Of a stretch of 36,180 nucleotides of DNA, positions 17,383-27,600 are shown piece after piece. The stretch's first letter is position 1; each line of letters opens with the position of its first letter. The position numbers and the translations under genes were made by a program. Below the pieces are notes generated by a model. That model searched no databases. It was not told the DNA's origin and saw only the letters and a list, made by a program, of their open reading frames with translations. The DNA is from Barthelona sp. PAP020 (taxonomy: Eukaryota), in the NCBI GenBank assembly GCA_040182905.1, contig JARQWU010000086.1, positions 1 through 36,180 of the forward strand, written 5' to 3'.

Positions 17383-19817
17383 TATTAGTCTATTAAGTAA
17401 ATTCAGCATTAGATGCTTTTTCTGTTTTTATATTTCGTGAAATGAAAATTCTTCTCACGAAATTTCCATTTATTTATAAAAAAACAATGATTTAAAGGGT
17501 CAACTTTATCAAATGATGAGAAAGGGAATGAAAAGAATTTCATTTAAAACTTCAACAAAACATTGGAGAAAATATTTTCGTTCATCTTTTTTTTTATAAT
17601 TAAAAGGTATGATTTTTTTGTCATTTTTTATGATGATCTGCATCTTCCAAATCTTTTTTTTGGATCAACTTTTGTTTTCTTTGGGGGTGTGACAACTCCT
17701 ATTCAAGAAGATTTCAATTGCCAAAAATACTCAATTGAGGAAAATCATATGCATCCACCACGCTGATTTCTTTACATTTCTTTTCAAACATATCTAACAA
17801 AAAGTACGTTTCTTTGATTTTATTTTCAGAATGATGGTATTAGGACACCTCCGAGTCCCACCCATTTTATGCCTCAGCGGACTAATGTGGACATCCTGGC
17901 TTTGAAAGTCATCTGACATTTTTATATTTTTGATTTCTTTCCAAAAACTAATATTAGGATGTGATTTTATCCAAAATTTTTTCAATCATAAATATCATAA
18001 AAGCTTTCAAACATTTAATTATTGCTTTAAAAATTGGAGATACAAATTGTGCTGTGGTCCAGCATGTTGCTTGGAACTTAAGCCATTTAAACAGGAATAA
18101 GCCGCCCCGCACAGCAAAATGAATTTTAATTTTTGTGCAAAAAAACCCTCTATTTTTGATAAGGATGCTGTTTCTAAATGCAAAAGAAAAGTGGAGCAAT
18201 TTAAAAAATTTATATGATTATCTTAAAGAGTGCGTTTCTTTGGCTGAAGAGCAAACCTTGTTTTTAAGACCAAGTATAAGATTCTGTGTGTCAAACCTTC
18301 AAAAGAAAAGAAAGAATGCTAGAGTTTTTGAAGGATACATTCCAATAATATTTCTTCATGAACTATTTATGCTTTGATCTTGAGGCATCTTCAGAAAAAA
18401 TTGAAACATCAACAACAACAACATTTCAGCTCTGAAAAGGATAAAAGAAAAATGATTTAAAGAAAATACGGAAGGTAATTTCTCAAGATGTTAATAAAAA
18501 TCTCATTGTTCAGATAACACATTTTTTCTTTTGAAGAAATCTGAACCTAAATATTGTTTTGAAAAATTGTCTCATTTCCGAATTTAAATTTCAACCTAAG
18601 CAGTTTGAATACATCAAATAAAAATAAAGATGATCTCTTCTTTTTATTATTGTAACAAACAAACAAAAAATTCTGCATTTGGAAAAAATCAATTGAAAAA
18701 ATAATCAAAAAACAATCAAAGGATTGGGTTTTTTATTAACTTTAAAAATTGAAGAAATAAAGCATTTGACTGATTATTTATAAGGATTGAAGGGAAAAAA
18801 GTTGACAAACTTTTATCATTCACAACAAACAACAAACACTGAATATCTTATGATATAGAAGTCAATCCTCATAAAAAATAAGGAAGTAAAATAGTCTATC
18901 GATTCAGATAAAAGCCAAAGTGTCAACAACTTAAAATTATGATATTCGTTACAAAGTAAATTTTTGCAACATAACTGAAAATGTTATAAATGTATGAAAT
19001 CATACACAAAAAACTGAATATAACTGAATAAAATGAAAATAGCTTCAATTTTCATCAATTTACCATAAAAGAAAGAAAATTGCTGAGGAATTTTTGGTGT
19101 TGAGTTCCACAAGTTTGGAAAAATTGGATGTTCCAACTCAAAATCATGTTCAAAAAATATTATTAAATGAATTGAATGCAAAGCAACACAGAACTAATCA
19201 AATGCCAAAACTGACCAAACAGTAAAGTTGAACAAGATTCTGAAGGATTTTTGATTTTATTAAATATGTGTAAAAAATGATAAGTTTAACAAAAAAGTTA
19301 AAGTAAATCATCAAAAATATTCACATTAACTAAAAATTTAAAAAAAAATCAATATTTGCTGGATGGCACACTCAATAATGAGCTAATTTTTCACCATAGC
19401 TTAAAAAAATATGGTTACAAGGTGAATGCCAGTCTCAAAATAATACATTTTGAGAGGGGATTAACTTTCCAAAATTTTGCAAATAACAGCAAAAGTAGCT
19501 ATTTGTGAGTGGACATAGGCAGCAATTTGAACGTGCTACCCAATTATAAAGAAAAAAGAAATTTTTTTTTGGAGACCAATCAAAATATCTTCCATTTAAC
19601 TTACTTTTGAGCCATATATGGCATAATAAGTATTAGTAAATGTTGTATAGCAATGTAGACTCATGAAGGGTTCACAGAACATTGTATGATGTTAAAAAAA
19701 TATATGAAAGTTAAAAAGTTTACGAAAAAATTGTGGTGGGCCTCTGGTTGGTGAAATTCATTTTGACGGACTGGGCGGACTCGGACTTCAAAATTGGTCC
19801 GGATTGGATTTTTAAAT

Positions 19818-19860
19818 TGAAAATTTTGAAAAATTTTGAAAAATTTTGAAAAGTTTTTGA
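19818..19860. repeat. 10-bp tandem repeat (AAATTTTGAA) x3 with degenerate flanking copies
   Basis: Exact copies at 19821-19850. Confidence 0.85.
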
Positions 19861-21049
19861 CCCCCTTGAAATTGCTTCCACCACTCCCTCCAATTTTTAC
19901 TTCACTTCAATGACTTTTATTCGATCCAAATGTTAATTATTTGATGTATTTATGAATCGTGAACAACTATTAACCATTATTGGCGACTGTATGAACAAAA
20001 TCTAGATTTCAAAATTTTGAGTTTTTATTTTATCGGTTATTTGGATTATAAGCAGGTTAGTGCTGTATTTTATGCCTATTAAACACGTCCTTGCAAAAAA
20101 ATTTCAAAAAGAAATTCATTTTCACAGGATTTTTTCAGTGGATACATGTTGATTAGCAGTTTTTACAGTGTTATACATATTTGTTTTGTAACAATAGTTT
20201 AAGTAATGATTTATTTTTGAATATTATTTAGTTTAATCATTGTTAAACTGTTGGAATAAATGTTTTTTTTATTTTCTTGTTTTTTGTTCAGAATATCCTT
20301 GTAGCTATCTTTTACGAGTAAAAAAAGCCCTTTTTTTATTATGAGAAAGAGTGAAAACTCTTTCAAAATAGAAGAAAACTGTTGTTTCACAATTTTGGTT
20401 GTGTGTTTTTAGAGTTCCATTTTTGGTGAATGAATATTGCAAAACATCATATATGAATAGAACTTTGGCAAAGTAAGTTGTATCATTGATGAAAGTGAGG
20501 AAATATTTGTATTTAAGAAAAAAAAATTTCGTCTGACCCAAAGAATTATTAGATAAAGGAACAAAGGTACTAGTAATGATAAATATAATTTATATAATGT
20601 GTATTTGATTGCATTTCTGTTGTTGAAGAGTTTTACTTGAAAATTTTTGTGCATAAATAGTATCTTGGTCACTTGCATGTGTTTCCAAAAGAGACAATCG
20701 CTAAAAATCTTTAAGAACTACAGTTATCCTCAAAATACAAAGCGATTTTCAATCTATTTATGAGTTTACCTGTTGAAGAAATTATTATTTTAATTAATTA
20801 ATTATTATTTATTTTAATATTAATTTTTCATTTTACAACAAAGAACATTTCATCTCAAATTTTTAATTATTTTTGCAAAAAAGTTAACTTTTTATGGAAA
20901 AACAACATTTTAAGTGGAAATTCATTTTTTGAAGAGTCAAAAAACTCTATAAACTCCAATGTCCAAAGGACACTATTTGTCTTGTGCATCGCTGGAAATT
21001 ATAGTTTTTGAATTGCAAATGATGGATTTTTTTTATTCTTTAAAACTTC

Positions 21050-21270
21050 AAAAGAACAACATAATCTATTTCATAAATTTCAAAAAGATCTTCATTTTTA
21101 TGTTGACCAATTACGTTGGAGTACAGGATGGTTGGAAAATTTCGGTAAAGAATATTCTGGGACGTTTTCTGTCAAAAAAAGAAGAAGAATATGACCATAT
21201 TGATTAAATTCAGAATTTATTGAAGAAGGTAGATTATTGTAGCAGCCTTATTTACACGTTTGAGGGCACT
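21050..21270 (+). pseudogene. Possible decayed pogo/Tc5 (CENP-B-like) transposase fragment
   Basis: LRWSTGWLENF at 21111-21143 resembles FxASxGWLxxF. After a frameshift and a stop, YCSSLIYTFEGT ending at 21270 resembles YxxxxIYNxDET. Confidence 0.38.
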
Positions 21271-21281
21271 TTCTCAATTTT

Positions 21282-21773
21282 TCACTTTTGTTCAACTTTT
21301 CATGCAATGCTCATTCCCCATCCAATATCTTCTATGTGGGTAACACATATTTATGAAAATGGTTGCAAAATCTTTCCAACAAATTCTTTCCAATTAACTT
21401 TGATTTGGACATTTCCTTGAAGTATATAATTCAAATAATTTATCCAATATATACAAAATTCAAGATCATAGATTAAAATATTTGTTCTTTATACATGGCA
21501 AAGAAATTACTTTGCAACTAAAACTTAAATAAAAGAAAATCCTTCCACATGTAATTCCAAATAAAAATGGTTGAATAATTGCGCTTTAAAGCCTCCTTCA
21601 TTTGCTAATAACTTAACAACGTAATAGTGTTCCTATTTCAATGAATTCCTTTGACAAAGTTCACAATTTGTGAATATTTTGGATATTATTGGGTTCAACT
21701 TCTTTCCTTGTTCATCTTTGAATTTCTTAAAGTAAGTAGATGGTCTGACCAGCTCAATAATCTTTTCAAACTT
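21282..21773 (-). pseudogene. Possible decayed retroviral-type (rve) integrase fragment
   Basis: One frame with several stops: KIIELVRPSTYF...IISKIFTNCELCQRN (CxxC of the HHCC finger), GFSFI*VLV, IKVNWKEFV (cf. IxSDNGxEF), and WGMSIA followed after a 1-nt shift by EKLNKS (cf. NGxAERxN). Confidence 0.4.
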
Positions 21774-21930
21774 TCACTAACTAGGTGTTTGTGAACGAAA
21801 ATAAAATAAGATAAAAAAATTTTACAAAAAAAAGCTACAACTCTTGATTTGGCATCAGGTGTCAAAAGAATAATTTTTATTGATTGAACTAAATTATTTT
21901 GAAGTTTCCAATTGCTCTTGCTTCATTTCA

Positions 21931-23577
21931 TCATATGTTCACGCTGGGATTTTGGTCATCCACCGATTTTTTGTTATTTTTATTTTTGATATTTCTGATT
22001 GCCTCTTCACTCAAACCTAACTCTTTGCTACCTTCATTGAAGAAACCAACTACAACTGGAATCAATAAGATAACACCATTTAAAACCAACCCATATCGGA
22101 ATTTTAAAAATATACCAACAATAACTTCACTGAAAGGCTGCATACCTGCAACACACAAGTGTATAAGATTCATTGTTTTACCCAAATTCCTAGGTTTAGC
22201 TGTGAATTGTACCCAAGTAACCAAATTAATAAAGTATACTCCATCAAAAACTCCATAAATTACACTCAAAACTAATAATATCCACCATTTTTCAAGGACG
22301 AACACGAAAACAATTGAAAGAACTACAGCAACAAAAATTTCAGTCATCAAAATTTTCTTTAAATGAGGTTTTTTAATTTGTGGAAGAATAGTTGTAGACA
22401 ATGATCCAAGAAAGACTGCTCCTCCATATCCAGCATAAATATAAGGATATGCTTTGGTAGATTTCCAAACATTTTTTGCATAATAAGGAATAGCCACATA
22501 AATCAAACCTAAGAAACAAATACCAAAAAATATTGATGAAATAAAGACAAACTGAAGCGGCTCATTATTATTAAGAATCATGAATTGATCTTTCAGACGA
22601 TCCCAAATTGTTGCAAAAGGTTTATCAGAATTTTCCTCCACATTAACAGTTTCCTCCACATTAACAGTTTCCTCAACATTAACAGTTTCCTCACTATTAT
22701 TTGATTCACAGTTTTCTTCAGCATTCATATCAGGGCTGTCACTGGAACTAAATGTCTCAACAGGATTAACAACCATTTCTTCCATCTCCATGTTTGTAAT
22801 GTCAACTTCAATTTGATTGGAGTCAACAGATTCCTTTTTATCAATATTTTCTTCATGATTCTTTTTGTCTTTCTTTTTCTTTTCAAATTCATCTTTAAGC
22901 TCATGGATTTGTTGTTTCGTCAAAACTTTAACTATAGCAAATGATATTGTTGAAATCAAAAAAGTAAATGCATCAAAGACGAAACAAAGAATAAGAACAT
23001 CATAATCTTTTGATTGAGGATCATCCTCTTGTCCTAATATTATTGAACCCAAAAGAGGTCCTGCCAAAATAGCTAAATGCATAACAGTGTTGATAATAGC
23101 ATTGGCCATGGTGTAATTTTCTGGTACACTAATAAATGGAACAATGCTAGTGATACTTGGCAAATATATAGCAGACATAACACCATAAATAAAAGTGTAA
23201 ACACATAATAAAGGTATTGTGATGGCTTTTTTGAACATTAAAAGAACTAGAGCAACAGTCAAAAAGAACCTACTTATACTAGAAATGAAAATTGTCTTTT
23301 TTGGGCCAATCTCATCCGCAAGACTGCCACCAATAAGCATCATTAGCAAACGGGGGAATGATAAAAATGATAAAACTAAACTTAAAGCCAAAGAGTCATT
23401 GAACAATTTTAAAACCAACAAGGGTAAAGCCATCAAAGACAACATATCTCCAACAGAAGAACATGTCTCACTGACTAACACCAATAAAAAATTGAAATTC
23501 CACAATAGACCATATTGTTCTTTGATATTTTTTTGTTTTTCAAGGATTTGATTCCCTGAATCACTGTTTTCTGTCAT
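21931..23577 (-). CDS. Major facilitator superfamily transporter, bacterial MefA/EntS (DHA3)-like
   Basis: Two blocks of about 6 hydrophobic helices. NFLLVLVSETCSSVGD...ALPLLVL, motif A GGSLADEIGPKK, LAGPLLGS. Long acidic central loop. ATG at 23577. Confidence 0.88.
   Translation of the reverse strand: MTENSDSGNQILEKQKNIKEQYGLLWNFNFLLVLVSETCSSVGDMLSLMALPLLVLKLFNDSLALSLVLSFLSFPRLLMMLIGGSLADEIGPKKTIFISSISRFFLTVALVLLMFKKAITIPLLCVYTFIYGVMSAIYLPSITSIVPFISVPENYTMANAIINTVMHLAILAGPLLGSIILGQEDDPQSKDYDVLILCFVFDAFTFLISTISFAIVKVLTKQQIHELKDEFEKKKKDKKNHEENIDKKESVDSNQIEVDITNMEMEEMVVNPVETFSSSDSPDMNAEENCESNNSEETVNVEETVNVEETVNVEENSDKPFATIWDRLKDQFMILNNNEPLQFVFISSIFFGICFLGLIYVAIPYYAKNVWKSTKAYPYIYAGYGGAVFLGSLSTTILPQIKKPHLKKILMTEIFVAVVLSIVFVFVLEKWWILLVLSVIYGVFDGVYFINLVTWVQFTAKPRNLGKTMNLIHLCVAGMQPFSEVIVGIFLKFRYGLVLNGVILLIPVVVGFFNEGSKELGLSEEAIRNIKNKNNKKSVDDQNPSVNI
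22632..22693 (-). repeat. In-frame 18-bp tandem repeat, about 3.4 copies, encoding EETVNV
   Basis: TTTCCTCCACATTAACAG x2, a third copy with one mismatch, then a partial copy. Confidence 0.92.
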
Positions 23578-24638
23578 ATAACAAGTTCTTTGAAAAAAAA
23601 GAATAAATTCATTCTGAAATGACAATCATTACTTCCAAAAAAAAGTAGAATTAATTCTCTTTTGCCGATTGTTTTGTTGTTGATATGACGTAGTCTTTGT
23701 ATATTTTTAAATTATTCAAATAAATGTCTCCTTTTGAGCAATATACCAAATGTCCAATGTTGTACCAAAAAAAAACGTTTTTGTTAAAATTTGCTGTCTG
23801 AATCAATGAAGAAGCATTGTTAAATTATCTTTGTTTTTATTATAAAAAAGAAACAGCCAACTAATGAAAAAATTTTGAATTCCTGAAATTCTTTATTTTG
23901 TTAAAAAGTTTTCTGACTATAATATTATGATTAAAAGAAAATTCAAATAAAGAAATATTAAATAAATAAATAAAAAATTGCAGGCATTGATGTTTCATCG
24001 ATGAGGAATTGAGGAAACATGACATTAAAAGTGCACACTAGGGAGCAAGTGTATTTTTGCTAATTGTTTGAGAAAATATCAACAGAAAAGGAAAAGACTG
24101 CTGGCGAGCAAAATTCTTTTCCATCAAAAAATTGTCAATTTGTTGGATTTGTTTTTGGTTTTTTGAAAAACTCAAGGTATTTCTCTTTGGGTTGAGTGAT
24201 GTTTTGTAAGAATTTTAGGTAATTTTAAGTTCTTTTTCGTTTTATCCAAGTATTTAGTATCCCTGTCATTCACCATAAAACTGGAATGTTTTGTTTTTGC
24301 CTTAAATTTCAATTCCATTTTTGTGCCAGCCTTAAAAGAAATGGAAGAGGAAGTTCAGATTTTTTAAGACTATTTTCTTTTCTTCTTCCTTTTTTATTCA
24401 AAAAAGAAATGCTTGAAATTTTTTGCAAAATCAAGCAATCGGATTCAATATTTTTTTTGTATAATTTATTGTTTGATAAATATTTTTGAACAAATAAACA
24501 CAGATACAACCTTTTTGGAAACAGAATCAAAAGATTGTCAATAATAATATTAAAAATGGAGCAGAAGCATCAAAATTTAAAATTTAATACCATAAACATT
24601 TATACACCAAAATCTTTTGTGTATTCAAAAAACCCAAA

Positions 24639-27600
24639 TCATCCAATTATGGTGTTATTCACATGAATTGTTACATCACAAACAGAACAAAATATTTTCA
24701 ACATATAATCACAACCAAAGCCTTCATATTCTAAGAAAGGCACAATTGAAAAAAAATGATCTTCAAGAATCGGAAGACAGATGCTAAATTTAGTACACTT
24801 TTTGTTGGATTGAACTGGATTTCCAATAAAGTCAAATTCAGTTATATCAGTTACTGGTATATATTTGTGTTTCCAAATGTTGATCACAATAGGAACTGAA
24901 GAATTTTTCAATTGCGTAAATTCAACAAATATTTCAACTTCTTTCACATGCTTAGGTAAATGGTGAAAATTTAAAGTGTGTTGGGGAGCAAAATATAATG
25001 AAGAACTTTTTAAATTAAAAACCTGAGCATGCTCATTGATAAGGGAACCAAAATAAATAGCTTGATTGAATTTTAAAAGATTAACGTGTGTAATTATAAA
25101 ATTAAAGTGGTCAATAAACTCTTCAAAGCTCAACCAAATGCCATTAGATTGAAATTTAGGGATAATTTTACCCATTTGAATTTTTAATTTGCGAGGCCAA
25201 TCAAGTGAAGCTTCAGAAAAAATATTTTTAAACTTTTCTAAATCCAAATTTAACTTGTTATTGTGTGAAGAGTTTGAAAAGGTAATATATACAAACCGAC
25301 TTTTACAACCATCTAATATGGTTTCAAATGTGGTTACAATATTAAAAATGTAATCAAATGGTAAACTAACGGCAAAATTATCTGAATCAATATTTGAAAA
25401 AGTATTTTCATGAATGAAACATAAAGCTCCATAATTTTCAAATTTACAATATTTTTTGATTATGTTAAAACATCTTCCAACATCTAAAACATTTAGTAGA
25501 CCAGGAACCCAACATTGATAATACATCCCCGTAATAATTTGCAAATATTTTGGACTATATGAATTGATTTCAATGTTGCTATAACTTCCACATATTTTTG
25601 CTAACATTTTCTCAACAAAAGAAGCCAATAAAGATTCAGGATTTGAATATTTTGAAAATACTAATTTTTTATCTAAACAAGGGATTAAACTATCCAAAAT
25701 CATATATTCTTCTTGATCTTCATTGAAATACCTTAACAAAAGGACACCTGATTGCATGTCATATCTACAAATAATATCATCTAAGTTTTCTACAAATGTG
25801 TTTGAATCAAATAAATACAATAAGACAGGAGATTTAATAAATCCTTGTTGGTAATATCCTTTCATTTCCAATGGATTCCATTTTGGAAATAATTCTCCGA
25901 TTGGAATCAATTCAAGATTCTTTTGATTGAATTTATTTCCCAAAACTTTCTTAAAATTACTAAAAAAAGGATCGATATATATTTCATTATTGAGTCTTGC
26001 ATTCTTGACAATTTTCATAAATTTTAAAGTTCTCTTTGTCAATGTTCCCTCAACATCAATTGATTTGATTTTTGAAAAGGACTTCCTCATTGATTTCAAT
26101 TGATCTTTCAAATGAATGAAAGTTTCTTCTAAAAATTCAAAAATAGAACAATCAATCATCTCACTATTAATTTTATTTTTAATGAATAGAACTATTTCAT
26201 CCAACATGAAATCAACTTTCAAAAAATCTTCAAAATTCTCAATAAAATCAAGGTTTGAAGATCTTGCCAATATTTTACGCATTTTATTCAAAATTTCAAC
26301 ATATTTAATTGCTTTAGAAAGGTAATTTTCCAATTTTCTTTGAATTTTTTTTTCCTTCAATTGTTGACTGATTGGAGATTCTTTATTCCAATCAATATCA
26401 CAATCATCATCATTTTCCACATGAATTTGACTTTCAATCTCTTTATCATCATCAAATTCATGATGTAAATCATGTGTTAATTTTAACAGAGTGGTTTGCA
26501 TTGATGTTATATCATTACTTTCCTCCTCATCACCATCTTCTTCTTCTATCAACATAAAATTAGTAATATTACTCATAGAATCACTTGAATTTTGTATTTT
26601 TTGGAGTTCTTTAATTTTTTCTTCTTCTTTTGTCAAAAATTCCCCAAATTGTTGTAAAATTTTGTTTTTAAGTGTATGATCATTCTTAAGCAATTGTAAA
26701 TTAAATCCTGGATAATATTGATCTTTCCATTTATTGATTGTGTATTCTCTTGTTTTTTTAACAGAATCCAAAGTACAAATTAATTTTAAAAATAGTTCCC
26801 CTTCCATAATCATTTGTTTTTGTTGTAATCTTTTCAATCTTGCTTCTAATTTTCTAATTTTTAATTTTATTTGTTGTTTGTCCAAAATGATTGGTTCTTT
26901 TTGAAAATTTATTCTTTGATTATACCAAATATCAATATCTTCAATATCTTTATATTCACAATCATCATCAACACTTTCATCAACATTTTTATCACCAATA
27001 TCATCAATATCATTGCTATTATCATTAACAAATTTATTGTATCTTGCTAGTTTTTTATTTTGTACAAAAGCAGGATCATTATTTTTTAAAGAACTGAGTA
27101 ATTCTGTTTTTAAAATCATTATTTCTTTCTTGCAAACAGAAACAGATTGATTAAAGACATTTTTATCATTGTTAAGTTGAAAATTAAAGAACAAATCATT
27201 TGTTGAAGAGGTAATAATATTATCAGAGATATTAACTTGGTTTAAATGAATTTCATGTGGACGAGAAGGTTTTAAATAGGTGTGATGATGAGTATGAGTA
27301 TGAGTATGAGAAGTTGAATTGGAAGAATGATGTTGAAGATGTGAATTTTTTTTCTTTCGATTTTCCTTTGAAATAGTTCTTTTGTTTTTCAAATTTGTAT
27401 TCTTTTTGGAAAATGAACGATTTATACTTATATCATTAGTGTTGGGACGGGAAATGTTTTCAATTCGATTGAAATTAGAAAAATAATGCTTTTTGTGCCT
27501 TTTTTTATGTTTTTGTTCAACATTTTTAAATATTTCATCTATTGTATCATTTTCAAAGAGAATTACCATATCAATTAGTTTAGCAGATGTAGAATTCTTT

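Noticed and set aside
17948..17980. LILGCDFIQNF, like the end of a retrotransposon aspartic protease
   Set aside because: No upstream DT/SG motif and no RT downstream; a single short motif is not enough.
18048..18118. tRNA-sized fold closed by TGCTGTG/CACAGCA
   Set aside because: No D-arm, anticodon arm or T-loop consensus on either strand.
19818..22693. CRISPR array or telomeric repeat
   Set aside because: The repeats are short head-to-tail units without spacers, and there are no cas genes or telomere-type units.
27281..27343. His/Thr-rich tract from an (ATGAGT)n microsatellite in the calpain-like linker, plus similar coding microsatellites at about 423, 6238 and 35191
   Set aside because: Ordinary slippage in low-complexity regions; no evidence of function.
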